Part shown: piece by piece, positions 30,889-41,127 of the stretch | Layout of the letters: the number at the start of each line of letters is the position of its first letter | How positions within the stretch are numbered: position 1 is the stretch's first letter | DNA from: a virus | Taxonomy: Duplodnaviria > Caudoviricetes | Strand: one strand, 5' to 3' | Length of the DNA stretch: 64,000 nt | IMG/VR virus record: IMGVR_UViG_3300031853_000007 | Span: 48,311 to 112,310 of that record | The notes under the pieces: generated by a model | Told to the model about the DNA's origin: nothing | Seen by the model: only the letters and a program-made list of their open reading frames with translations | The model's database searches: none | Translations under genes and position numbers: made by a program

Positions 30889-31833
30889 ATGAAATATAAA
30901 ATAGGTGATAGAGTTAGAATAAAACCCAACATTACTGATGAACTTCATTACGAATGTTGTGTCGTAGAAGAGATGGTTAGGTATGCTGGATGTTCAGCGA
31001 CGGTTCTTGAATGTACTGGCAAGACTTATCGTTTAAGTGCTGATGACGGTAGTTGGGCTTGGAGTCCCGATACGCTTGAGGGTTACACTGGGTTCTATAT
31101 AGGCAATCACGTTATAGTTAACGGTGTAGAACGTGTAATTATTGATATAAAAACAACCATATCCGAAAGTAAAGGGGTTGATCCTCAGCGTACTTATCAG
31201 CTCGAAGATGGTAATTGGTATTCCGAGTCTCAACTTGGTCACATAGAGTGTTTTGATTATTCCAAACAAACTCTTCCGGAAGGTTTTAATGTGGGAGATT
31301 ATGTTATTGTCCGCGTAAATAGATCAATCGGAATATATGGTGGTTCTTATTCGCATAACGGTGTTGTTACTAACTCTAGCCACAGGGAAAATAATAACAG
31401 GATGGCAAAAATTATAGAACACGGTATCGGTTATAAGTATTTTATAGATATTGATAGCGAAAATGCTTATTCTGGATATATGCTAGAGAAAATCTCTTTT
31501 GTCTCGCCTAAACCCGGAGATACGGTTCTCCATATGAGATCAGAAAAAATTTTGACAGTCGAAACAGTTAGCGATGAAACTTGTGTTTTGTCTTGTTGTA
31601 CATCAGACGAAACAATTACTGAGAATATCAGGGATGTGATGGTTATGAAGCCAGCGAGTGCAATGCTTTACCAAGATGTGTATGGTGTTGGTAAAGCGAG
31701 AGACGTGATATCTGGTTATTATCAACCTGAAATTCGTAAGTTTGTTGTTGAAACTGCGAACTTTATATCTGGTGAGTTATTCCCCGAAGAGATACGTATT
31801 GTATATATGGACGATAGCAGGAGGTTACAATGA
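30889..31833 (+). CDS. SH3/KOW-like repeat protein, paralog 2
   Basis: MKYKIGDRVRIKPN, FNVGDYV, DVYGVG. Confidence 0.75.
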   Translation: MKYKIGDRVRIKPNITDELHYECCVVEEMVRYAGCSATVLECTGKTYRLSADDGSWAWSPDTLEGYTGFYIGNHVIVNGVERVIIDIKTTISESKGVDPQRTYQLEDGNWYSESQLGHIECFDYSKQTLPEGFNVGDYVIVRVNRSIGIYGGSYSHNGVVTNSSHRENNNRMAKIIEHGIGYKYFIDIDSENAYSGYMLEKISFVSPKPGDTVLHMRSEKILTVETVSDETCVLSCCTSDETITENIRDVMVMKPASAMLYQDVYGVGKARDVISGYYQPEIRKFVVETANFISGELFPEEIRIVYMDDSRRLQ

Positions 31834-32714
31834 AATTAAAATATAAGGTTGGAGACGTGGTTACTATTAACCCGAATCTGATATATGGATTCTCTTATTT
31901 ACACGGTTTAGCAGAAGATATGATGGAATATCGCGGCGAGACTTGTGTGGTTACTAATATCGACTATAATGGATACATCCTTGAAAATATAGATCATTTC
32001 CTTTGGTCTGATGAAATGCTTGAAGGTTATGACGGTTTCTTTCTTGGTAATGTAGTCATCCTTCCTGATGGGACTCAAGGTATGATTGCAAGTAAAGACC
32101 CTCTTGACGAAACATATCTTGTTAATGGACATCTATACTCAAAAGAATCTCTTGGACGTATAGACGGCTATGATTATACTCGCCCGACTGTTTTAAGAAA
32201 GTATGAGGTTGGTGATTTTGTAAAGATAGCCATTAATACAGACAACGAACAATACGGTAGACTTTATGTTAGTACAAAAACAAAATACTATAATCACAGA
32301 ATAGGTCAAGTGGTTAAAATCAATAGCGAACATATAGACGGCGGCGAATATACAATAAGTGTTGACGGCATAAATATATTATGTAACAGTCTTATGATTG
32401 TTCCCGTAAAGACACCAAAATTTAAAGTCGGTGATAAGGTTTATTGTGATGGTGTCGCCACTGTTATCTCAATAGGTGAAGCTTTATGTGGTTTATTATT
32501 AGCCAACGGAAAAATAGCAACGGTTCCGATGCGGTCATTAGAGCCTTTGAATGAGAAAGAGGTTACGTTGACAAATGATATTTTTGGAATCGGTAATGCT
32601 GGTGATAAAGTGAGTGGGTATTATGCCGAGATTAGTCACAGACTGTTCGTACAATCGAAATTATCATACGTGTCTGGAATTTTACAGCGAGATGAATTTA
32701 TAGTAGGAGGTTAA
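31830..32714 (+). CDS. SH3/KOW-like repeat protein, paralog 3
   Basis: KYKVGDVVTINPNL, YEVGDFVKI, FKVGDKV, DIFGIG. Confidence 0.75.
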   Translation: MKLKYKVGDVVTINPNLIYGFSYLHGLAEDMMEYRGETCVVTNIDYNGYILENIDHFLWSDEMLEGYDGFFLGNVVILPDGTQGMIASKDPLDETYLVNGHLYSKESLGRIDGYDYTRPTVLRKYEVGDFVKIAINTDNEQYGRLYVSTKTKYYNHRIGQVVKINSEHIDGGEYTISVDGINILCNSLMIVPVKTPKFKVGDKVYCDGVATVISIGEALCGLLLANGKIATVPMRSLEPLNEKEVTLTNDIFGIGNAGDKVSGYYAEISHRLFVQSKLSYVSGILQRDEFIVGG

Positions 32715-32715
32715 T

Positions 32716-33585
32716 ATGGGTTTAAAATATAGAATTGGAGACACTGTTACCATTAATCCGAATTTAAAACGCGGATTTCCTTATCGTGCTGGTCTAACGT
32801 CTGAAATGACACACTTCGCAGGGGAAACTCATACTATCGTAGACATTTTTTGCGGGCATTATAAGCTTTATGGTAATGGGTGGTGTTGGTCTGAGGATAT
32901 GCTTGAAGGTTACGACGGTTTTTTTGTCGGTAACTCCGTAATTCTTCCTGATGGAAGCGAAGGTGTAATAGCTAAGAAGATTAGTGACGAAGACTATATT
33001 ATTAACGGAAGGGTATATTCAAGAGAAGACCTCAGGCGCATAGATGGTTTTGATTATACTTGTCCTACTTTTCGCCGGTATTGCGTTGGCGAATATGTAA
33101 AAATAGACATCAATATTGACAATGATATTTATGCATCAGTTGGCGTAACTGAAAATATTAGGCGTTGCAACAATAAAATAGGTCAAATAATTGGTGTCAT
33201 AAACGAGCAGGATGGCGGGATATACAAGATAGTTGTTCAAGGAGAACATATCATATGCAATAGTCTTATGCTTTCCCCCATCGAAATGCAGGAAATTAAA
33301 GTTGATGATAAAGTATACTGTGGTGGTGTAGCTACGGTCTTGTCGATAGAAGAGGATTGTTGCAAACTCTTATTAGATAATGGCATCACCACGTCTGTAT
33401 CAAAAACTTCGTTAGAGCGTTTAGACGAGAGAAACGTAACGCTTAAAAAAGATATATTCGGCATCGGAAATATTCATGATAAAATAGATGGCTTCTACTC
33501 AAACGTAAGCGGAAAGCTGTTTGTTTCGTCAAAACTACCATATGTACACGGCGTTTTGTTGTCGGGCGAATATACAGAAGATTAG
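32716..33585 (+). CDS. SH3/KOW-like repeat protein, paralog 4
   Basis: KYRIGDTVTINPNL, DIFGIG; clearly similar to paralog 3. Confidence 0.75.
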   Translation: MGLKYRIGDTVTINPNLKRGFPYRAGLTSEMTHFAGETHTIVDIFCGHYKLYGNGWCWSEDMLEGYDGFFVGNSVILPDGSEGVIAKKISDEDYIINGRVYSREDLRRIDGFDYTCPTFRRYCVGEYVKIDINIDNDIYASVGVTENIRRCNNKIGQIIGVINEQDGGIYKIVVQGEHIICNSLMLSPIEMQEIKVDDKVYCGGVATVLSIEEDCCKLLLDNGITTSVSKTSLERLDERNVTLKKDIFGIGNIHDKIDGFYSNVSGKLFVSSKLPYVHGVLLSGEYTED

Positions 33586-34428
33586 TTTTAGCGGAGGGAT
33601 ATTTATGAAATGGTATAGTATCAACGGAGAGGGGTGGACAAAGTACGTCAGGGGAATTAAAGCTGTAAGACAGTTTTTAGCCGAACGAGGTTTGAAATTA
33701 CCGAAAGGGTGTAGAATTCCCACAAATAGGTGCGATTGTACGTCAGAAGTTGTTTATTTTGTATACAATTTAGACAAGTTATATGTGACAGTAACACCTT
33801 GCCATCACTAATCACAAGCTGACCTATCGGTATGACGGGGAGAAAGGATAAGACTATGGAAACAATCAAGCTTTATATTCAATCATATGGAAATATGTGC
33901 AGGATTGTAGCAAGGGATTGTAGGACGTGCTATAAGAAATATAACACAGCCTGTATTAGTGATATGAAAACATTGCTTTATTCAATGCACTTTATCAAAT
34001 CAGATATAGAGAAACACTATGGCAACGACGTTTCTTTTGAGTACGTTGACATGACGTCGTATGACGAGAAAGGATGAAAAAATGAGTAATGAGTGCAGAT
34101 TATAATTTGTATATAAAGAAAGACTATCCCGAACCTGACGAGTGTATTTTTGGGATATTTGCAGACGCTTGTTTTGAAAAATGTATCATTAATTTACTCC
34201 TTCATAAGAGAATCCCGGAGCATGATTGTATACGTGATGAATGGGGTGATATTCGTCTTTGTAAAGTTTGCAAGCATGATTTTATAGCCGTTCGAGAACT
34301 TTTATTATACGATGATAATATAGACGAATTTGACCGAGAAATTGCATTGGAGCAATTAGACGAGATAATGGATAGTTGTTCTGATGAAGATAGACTGATT
34401 TTGGAAATCTGTTAATAGGAGGTACTTT

Positions 34429-35265
34429 ATGGTAAAAAATAATAAAAGAGATAGTCTCGGCGACCGAATGAAAACTTACGAGGACGTGACTCGCACACAT
34501 TTAACACGCAGAACTCCTGTAATCATCAGACTGGATGGCTGTCATTTCCACACCTTTACACGAGGAATGGACAAGCCGTATGATGAAATACTTTGTAAGA
34601 GTATGCAGGATACAATGAAGTATCTTTGTGAAAACATTCAGAACTGCGTACTTGGATATACTCAGTCCGACGAAATAACACTTGTATTGTGTGACTATAA
34701 AAAGATAAACACAGCCGCATGGTTTGATAATAATGTTAGAAAGATGTGTAGTGTATCGGCAAGTCTTGCGACGTTGGCATTCAATCAAAAGTTTGCCGAG
34801 AATGTGCAGGAAGCTCTGTATGATTGCTGTCTTGATCCTCTTAATGATAATTTCGGGGATGAGGTTTTGCCAGACCGTCAAGATGATTATAACAGATACG
34901 TTAAATATGCGGACACCAAAATAAACAGGGCTACATTTGATTCTCGTGTATTTAATATTCCTAAAGAAGAAGTATGTAACTGCTTAATATGGCGACAGAA
35001 AGATGCTATAAGAAATTCTATCCAAGGATTAGGTCAGAAACACTTTTCTCACAGACAGCTTGAAGGAAAGAGTTGTAGTCAAATTCAGGCTATGCTCTTT
35101 GCTGAAAAAGGAGTGGATTGGAACAATGTGACGACCAAATTTAAGTGTGGATCATGTTGTGTTAAGACTGATGACGGTTGGATAATTGACAACGAGATTC
35201 CTATTTTTACACAGGATAGGAATTATATTGAGAGTAGAATAATATTTGAAGGGGATAACAAATGA
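34429..35265 (+). CDS. tRNA(His) guanylyltransferase Thg1-like protein
   Basis: LGDRMKTYE, IRLDGCHFHTFT, YTQSDEI, FDSRVF, WRQKDAIRNSI. Confidence 0.92.
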   Translation: MVKNNKRDSLGDRMKTYEDVTRTHLTRRTPVIIRLDGCHFHTFTRGMDKPYDEILCKSMQDTMKYLCENIQNCVLGYTQSDEITLVLCDYKKINTAAWFDNNVRKMCSVSASLATLAFNQKFAENVQEALYDCCLDPLNDNFGDEVLPDRQDDYNRYVKYADTKINRATFDSRVFNIPKEEVCNCLIWRQKDAIRNSIQGLGQKHFSHRQLEGKSCSQIQAMLFAEKGVDWNNVTTKFKCGSCCVKTDDGWIIDNEIPIFTQDRNYIESRIIFEGDNK

Positions 35266-35639
35266 ACGATATAATTCTGCTATTGTCAATGGTATTCTTG
35301 CATATAGTAGATGATTATTATTTGCAAGGTATACTGGCACAAATGAAACAGAAGCAGTGGTGGATAGATAATGCACCTAAAGAATTGTACAAGCATGATT
35401 ACATCATAGCTCTGATCGAACACGCATTTTCGTGGACATTTATGATTCATGTTCCTTTGTTTTGGGTGTATCATTCCAACATGAACATATACTTATTTGT
35501 AATCCTGTTTGTGTCGAATTGGATTATTCACGCAGTAGTTGATAACGCTAAAGCAAATAAACTAATCATAAACCTATGTCAAGATCAGATAATACACATC
35601 ATACAGATAATTGTATTGTGGGTTTTCTATGTAAAATAA
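35262..35639 (+). CDS. DUF3307-like membrane protein
   Basis: HIVDDYYLQ, HA..D..KA, DQIIH. Confidence 0.75.
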   Translation: MNDIILLLSMVFLHIVDDYYLQGILAQMKQKQWWIDNAPKELYKHDYIIALIEHAFSWTFMIHVPLFWVYHSNMNIYLFVILFVSNWIIHAVVDNAKANKLIINLCQDQIIHIIQIIVLWVFYVK

Positions 35640-36216
35640 GGGAGGACTAATTATGAATACCATCGAACAGCTTGAAGAAAGAATCGCACAGCTTACAGAA
35701 CTTGTAAAGACTGGTAGTGAAGCAATAAAGAATATGGAAACTGCACTGAAAGCAGCAGAGGAAGAAAGGGACAGGCTTGCGGATCAGCGGAGAGAACAGG
35801 AACCGAAGTTTGAGAGGGTTTATAGTTTTGAAAACTATTATTCTCTATATTTTGATGGTGCGGCTAGGGTTTATGAAGACAGAGATAAGGGTCAAGATTG
35901 CTTTGACGATACAAACAATTTTGAACAGAATAATTACTTCAAAACTGTGCAACGTGCCAAAGAAGTTGCCGATAAAATTAACCTTTTATGGTGAGGAGAC
36001 AGTTGCAAAGGATTGTGAAGCTCTGGACAAAGCAATATCCGCAGTGAAAAAAACTATTCCCCAGAAAGTAAAGCGTGACCCATTTGGTGTAGAATGTCCT
36101 AATTGTGGAAGTCGTATAGTATTACCAAGCACTTATACCTTTGATGGAAAAAAGATTGGTATACGTTGCGATTATTGTTATAGTTGCGGACAGGCTTTAG
36201 ATTGGAGTGAAGAATA

Positions 36217-36597
36217 ATGAAACCAATTCAAGGTGAAACGTTCACAACAGTCGATAATACTAGCAATATAGTGAGAGTAATGGAAGTCAAGGAAGCTGTT
36301 CGGCGCATAAGAGAACACAACAGGATTCATTATGCCGCAGAAAGAAACGCTCTGATTATCACAGAGATACTTGAAAGTTGTGCCAGATTACTTGAAGATA
36401 TAGATGCTGGAAAGGTGAAGTATGTAGAATACGGAGAATGGAAAATCAATTGTGACGGGTATTACCCCTATTGTTCTAATTGTATGAGTGAACCGCCGGG
36501 GAGAGTAATGACCGATTTTTGTCCCACATGCGGAGCAGATATGAGAGGTAAGGGAGTGAAAAGGAATGAAGATAGTTCTCAACCAATCGGAAATTGA
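36217..36597 (+). CDS. Hypothetical Zn-ribbon protein
   Basis: GEW...CSNC...FCPTCGADM. Confidence 0.65.
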   Translation: MKPIQGETFTTVDNTSNIVRVMEVKEAVRRIREHNRIHYAAERNALIITEILESCARLLEDIDAGKVKYVEYGEWKINCDGYYPYCSNCMSEPPGRVMTDFCPTCGADMRGKGVKRNEDSSQPIGN

Positions 36598-36703
36598 TAG
36601 TATAGTGGAATATATAAGGGTAAGACAACGCAATCCATGTTTGGGCTGTCGTGACATACACGTATGTTGCGGCTGTCCTAAACAGCAAGAGTATGCCAGT
36701 GCA
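36566..36703 (+). pseudogene. 5' part of a phage gene interrupted by the IscB element (3' part about 38334-38528)
   Basis: MKIVLNQSE...CCGCPKQQEYASA joins in frame to LKKSEPSNRELL... if 36704-38333 is removed. Confidence 0.65.
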
Positions 36704-36985
36704 GTCAACCACCCCGACCTACGGCTAATGCCTTAGAGGTCGGAGCTTGTAAAAGCTCTGATTGACTACTCTAAGTTCTTTAAGAACTACGTTATTTGTG
36801 TTATCACACCTGCGGATGATTCCCAAGTCTGCAGCAACTGTGGAGGCTCTGTAAACAGTTCTGATGGGCAGGAACAGTCAACCTCAAGTGACCGATTACG
36901 GCAAGCACTTATAACATTGAGGAAGGGAAACAAACTTTCATAAGAAAGGGATACCACTCGTGAGTAGGTATCAAAGGTAGCAACT
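36704..36985 (+). ncRNA. omegaRNA (HEARO) scaffold
   Basis: GTCAAC...TTGAC stem, CTACGTTA, CTCTGTAAACAG and AACATTG.GGAAGGG elements upstream of iscB. Confidence 0.85.
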
Positions 36986-38269
36986 ATGCAACAGGGGAAC
37001 AGAGTATTTGTACTCAATATGCGAGGTGAACCACTAATGCCTTGTAGTCAAAGAAAAGCCCGAATACTTCTAAAAGAAGGCAAGGCTATAATCAATAAAT
37101 ACAATCCTTTCACCATTCAACTAACTTATGCTACGGGTGAAACTAAGCAGGATTGTCATATTGGTGTAGATACAGGGGCTAAACATATTGGTATTGCTGT
37201 TACATCAGAGAATAAAATTCTCTATAAGGCAGAAATAGAATTAAGACAGGATGTTAGTTCCAACCTTGATTCTAAACGCATTTATCGTAGAAGTCGCAGA
37301 AATCGCAAATGTAGGTATCGTAAGCCACGTTTTCTAAATCGTAAACGTACAGATAAATGGCTTCCGCCAAGTTTACAGAACAGAATTAACCATACTTTTA
37401 CATGGATAAATAAGTTTTCTGCATTAGTACCAAACCCCATATTGCATATAGAGGTTGGTAAATTTGATACGGCAAAAATGATAAATCCTGACATTAACGG
37501 TGTAGATTATCAATATGGTCAGACATATGGCTTCTTCGATGAAAGATATTTTGTCTTTGCGAGAGATAATTATACTTGTCAGGTGTGCGGTAAGTCTAAA
37601 GACAAGATTTTTCAAACGCATCACATAATCTATCGTAGTAACGGTGGTACTAACAGAGTAGATAATCTTATTACAGTATGTACGGATTGTCATACATCTG
37701 CAAACCATAAAAAAGGCGGTATCCTTTACAAATGGCAGGCAGAGCATAAAAAAGTAAAGCAGTACAAAGAGCCACTATTTATGAATACACTTCGCAAATG
37801 GATTTTCGCTAAATATCCTAATGCAGTTATCACTTATGGTTCAGAAACAACACCGAAACGAAAGGATATTGGTTTAGAGAAAACTCATTATAATGATGCT
37901 ATTGTCATAAGCGGTATCAAAACTATAAAAGAAAATCCCAATGAGTGGTTGCTGATAAGGCAATTTCGTAAGAAAAAGCGTTCTTTGCACGAAGCAATAG
38001 CCCGTAAAGGACGCAAAGAACCAAATCGTACACAGAAACGAAATAGTAAAAACACACCGTTTTATAAAGGATTTTGGCTTAATGACAAGGTTTCTGTATT
38101 AGGACAGTTTGGTTACATTACTGGATTTACTTCTGGCGGTGCTTATATCAAAAACTCAGATGATGAATATATCACACTACCAAGTAAATCTTATAAACAA
38201 GTCGGTGTTGCTAATTTGAGACTGGTTTCTCATAATAACAATTGGCAATATATAAGAAACGCCGTGTAA
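36986..38269 (+). CDS. iscB: IscB RNA-guided endonuclease
   Basis: PLMP, RuvC-I GVDTG, RRSRR bridge helix, HNH (HHII...NLITVCTDCH), RuvC-III HYNDA. Confidence 0.95.
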   Translation: MQQGNRVFVLNMRGEPLMPCSQRKARILLKEGKAIINKYNPFTIQLTYATGETKQDCHIGVDTGAKHIGIAVTSENKILYKAEIELRQDVSSNLDSKRIYRRSRRNRKCRYRKPRFLNRKRTDKWLPPSLQNRINHTFTWINKFSALVPNPILHIEVGKFDTAKMINPDINGVDYQYGQTYGFFDERYFVFARDNYTCQVCGKSKDKIFQTHHIIYRSNGGTNRVDNLITVCTDCHTSANHKKGGILYKWQAEHKKVKQYKEPLFMNTLRKWIFAKYPNAVITYGSETTPKRKDIGLEKTHYNDAIVISGIKTIKENPNEWLLIRQFRKKKRSLHEAIARKGRKEPNRTQKRNSKNTPFYKGFWLNDKVSVLGQFGYITGFTSGGAYIKNSDDEYITLPSKSYKQVGVANLRLVSHNNNWQYIRNAV

Positions 38270-38633
38270 AACGCAATTCATCCCACCGCCTACGCTTCGC
38301 TTAGAGGTGGGGGACTTCTTGCTCACGGCTCATTTAAAGAAATCAGAACCATCAAATCGGGAGTTGCTAGATATTAAGACTTTAGTATCGTATGCAGAAA
38401 CCATTGTTGCTATGGAAAATATTCCGAGTCAAATAAATAAACTAAAAAGAGAGTATGAAGAACTTAATAAAAAATCTGTGGAACTTAAAAGTTTATTCGT
38501 TATCGAAACCAGTATCGAGGAGGAATGATGCTAATGCGTGACCCAAGTGGAAGATGATACGTTGAAAGAAGCGTTGAAAATGAATTTGCAGATAACGAGC
38601 TGAGTGGATTTTTCTTTTCAAAGGAGGATAAAG

Positions 38634-39530
38634 ATGAGCGAGTGGAAGATATATAATAACGGAAATTATAGGGTTGGAATTGATTTGGCTAATGGAACTA
38701 AGATAAGAGAAACCGAGGACGATGTGTTTATCTCAGAGTTTCCCGAGAACATAGACATTAAGATAACCAATCAGTGTGATATGGGCTGCCCCATGTGTCA
38801 TGAGAATAGCTACCCCGAAGGCAAACACGGCAACATAATGAAGGCGAAGTTTATTGATACGCTTAGACCTTACACAGAGATTGCAGTCGGCGGCGGCGAT
38901 GCACTATCTCATCCAGACCTTATTCCATTCCTTAAAAAGCTGAGGAGTCGAGACATTATCCCGAACCTAACAGTTAATCAGGTTCACTTTATGAAGAACA
39001 AGGAGCTTCTGAAATCACTTGTAGACCGTCGGCTTATCTTTGGACTCGGAGTTTCTCTTTATAATGCAACAGCGGAGTTCATAGATTCGATAAAGGAATT
39101 TGACAATGCGGTGATTCATGTAATCAATGGTATCGTAACACCGGGTCAGATGGAAGCTCTTGCAGATAACGACCTTAAAGTTCTGATTCTTGGGTATAAA
39201 GATTTCAGGCGCGGGGAATCATATAAGAAATCGGCGCAGGGTTATATCGAAGTCAATCAGTTAAATCTCAAGATGTATCTGAAAGACTACGTGCCTCGAT
39301 TCAAAGCGTTAAGTTTCGATAACCTTGCTATCGAACAGCTCGATGTAAAGAGTCTTATGACGCAGGAACAGTGGGATGAGTTCTACATGGGAGACGATGG
39401 ACAGTTCACTATGTATATTGATATGGTAACTGAGACGTTTGCTAAGAATTCGGTGGCAGCACTCACCAAGAGATACAAGATGCTTAACAATATAGACGAT
39501 ATGTTTAAAAGAATTAAGGAGGAATCGTAA
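38634..39530 (+). CDS. Radical SAM protein
   Basis: CDMGCPMC (CxxxCxxC), GGGD. Confidence 0.9.
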   Translation: MSEWKIYNNGNYRVGIDLANGTKIRETEDDVFISEFPENIDIKITNQCDMGCPMCHENSYPEGKHGNIMKAKFIDTLRPYTEIAVGGGDALSHPDLIPFLKKLRSRDIIPNLTVNQVHFMKNKELLKSLVDRRLIFGLGVSLYNATAEFIDSIKEFDNAVIHVINGIVTPGQMEALADNDLKVLILGYKDFRRGESYKKSAQGYIEVNQLNLKMYLKDYVPRFKALSFDNLAIEQLDVKSLMTQEQWDEFYMGDDGQFTMYIDMVTETFAKNSVAALTKRYKMLNNIDDMFKRIKEES

Positions 39531-40153
39531 TGAAGAGAGTAGTTCGCAGAGGTGTATTCGAGACTAATTCATCCTCGATGCACAGTATTGTGGTGACAAA
39601 CAATAACATTAATAATGTATCTATGGAAGATTATTTCTATGTATGGAAGTCTCCGTGTAACGATAAGATTAGTTTCTGGCACAGTGATATAGAATTTGGT
39701 CGCTCTCCATTCGATGTCCTCAGCACGGCGTATGATAAAATAAAATATGCTTATGCTTCATTATTCGGGTATGAGGCAGAGGAACACGTAGATGATAATG
39801 GCGAACCCGATGATGAGTTAAAGGAGCGTATGCGGTCATTCGATTCCGTTGTTGCTTCGGTATTTGAAGGCTGTACCGGTGTTGATTATCCAGAAGACCT
39901 AAGAGACGCAGAATGGGGATATATTGACCACGAGAGTTGTAATCTTCTTAGGCGGTTCTTAAACAAGAAAGATGTTTCTCTTGAAGAGTTTATCCGTAAC
40001 CCGAAGTATATCGTCGTTGTAGATGGCGACGAATATCAAGTATTTAAATCAATGAAAGAAGCAAATCTAATTAACGAGAGCAATATAGCTATGGAGATGT
40101 GTAATGATGATTACGGTTACAAGTTCACACACGAAGAAGATAAGGAACTATGA
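39530..40153 (+). CDS. FETNSSS-motif protein
   Basis: MKRVVRRGVFETNSSSMHS; GYIDHES; translationally coupled to the radical SAM gene. Confidence 0.8.
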   Translation: MKRVVRRGVFETNSSSMHSIVVTNNNINNVSMEDYFYVWKSPCNDKISFWHSDIEFGRSPFDVLSTAYDKIKYAYASLFGYEAEEHVDDNGEPDDELKERMRSFDSVVASVFEGCTGVDYPEDLRDAEWGYIDHESCNLLRRFLNKKDVSLEEFIRNPKYIVVVDGDEYQVFKSMKEANLINESNIAMEMCNDDYGYKFTHEEDKEL

Positions 40154-40216
40154 CGAAAGGATGATGTGACGAGTTTTACGAAGACGGAACGGTAACTGAG
40201 ACATACGAAAGGTGAG

Positions 40217-40444
40217 ATGTACATGATAGACACAACAAATTGTACCCCTGAAATGAAGCCCATAATTGAGTCATTCAATGAGACGCTCGCAAGGCTTGAT
40301 GCTATCGAGGAGATACTTAATACTCCGGGGATATCACGAGAGGAAGCAAATAGACGAGTGGCGGAACTCGGTTTCGATTATGACGACGATGATGATTGCG
40401 ATGAAGATGATTACGATGATGAAGATGAAGAATACGACTATTAA
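40217..40444 (+). CDS. Small protein with a highly acidic tail
   Basis: C-terminal D/E run. Confidence 0.65.
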   Translation: MYMIDTTNCTPEMKPIIESFNETLARLDAIEEILNTPGISREEANRRVAELGFDYDDDDDCDEDDYDDEDEEYDY

Positions 40445-40451
40445 TTAGAAT

Positions 40452-40567
40452 GTGAACTTCGGTTTATAATGATATACGAAAAAGTGAACTTCGTTTTGTT
40501 CAATACGTAGAAGTTATTCTTGAATGTGAACTTCGGGGTTGACAAGTTCTAATTTATGATGTATCAT
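40452..40567 (+). promoter_or_regulatory. SigA promoter with three GTGAACTTCG direct repeats
   Basis: Repeats at 40452, 40484, 40526; TTGACA(40539)-17 bp-TATCAT(40562). Confidence 0.7.
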
Positions 40568-40676
40568 GTAGTCAGTCAAAAATAATCGCAAAAAGTTAAC
40601 GTTTTTTCATTCCTCGTGAAACCGAGAGGTAGCTAAAACGTAGAGATTTCCACTGTTTGAGACGAGCGGTAACTCG

Positions 40677-41096
40677 ATGATAAGGGAACCCTCGTCCAAA
40701 AGTGGAACATTTAAGGGGGTTTGTATGTTTGGATTAATAGGATTCATTTTAACAGTAAGTGCGGGAGCTGCTTGGCGAGCTAACGATAAGGCGAGCAGAG
40801 CTAAATACCGAAGAGAATGGCATGAAACATACGATGGTACAGATTTAGAAAAACAGTATCATTACTTTGGTATGTTTGCTGGTGGGTTAGACCCGCAAGG
40901 TAACAAAATTAAAGAAGCTCATAAGTATCAACCTGAAATAAATAGATTAACTAAGTTACAGTTAGAAAAAGAGGGGATACGATATTACGATAAGAACTCG
41001 TGGAACATTAGTAAATGCACATTTAATGAGAACAACGAACTGCTGACAGTTGGCGGTAAGAAGTTTGATAGGAGATTAGGACGTACATTATATTAG
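40677..41096 (+). CDS. Hypothetical protein with N-terminal membrane anchor
   Basis: Hydrophobic MFGLIGFILTVSAGAAW segment; true start likely later. Confidence 0.6.
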   Translation: MIREPSSKSGTFKGVCMFGLIGFILTVSAGAAWRANDKASRAKYRREWHETYDGTDLEKQYHYFGMFAGGLDPQGNKIKEAHKYQPEINRLTKLQLEKEGIRYYDKNSWNISKCTFNENNELLTVGGKKFDRRLGRTLY

Positions 41097-41127
41097 AAAG
41101 ATGGCTGACAAAAGAAAGGGTGATTAA

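Larger units (their letters stand above)
36704..38333 (+). mobile_element. IS200/IS605-family non-autonomous IscB element
   Basis: Starts GTCAAC with left hairpin; right hairpin CCCACC...GAGGTGGG; no tnpA; right boundary inferred from frame restoration. Confidence 0.85.

Noticed and set aside
22894-33585. Diversity-generating retroelement targets
   Set aside because: No reverse transcriptase and no near-identical TR/VR pair differing at adenines
36704-38333. IStron (self-splicing IS)
   Set aside because: No group I P7 (R/S) elements in the left end; the host gene frame hits a stop inside the element
40452-40535. LexA (Cheo) boxes
   Set aside because: The repeats are direct GTGAACTTCG, not GAAC-N4-GTTC
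40599-40641. HDV-like ribozyme (TTCCTCG loop, GCTAA)
   Set aside because: The only plausible P1 5' strand lies upstream of the promoter; treated as a leader structure instead
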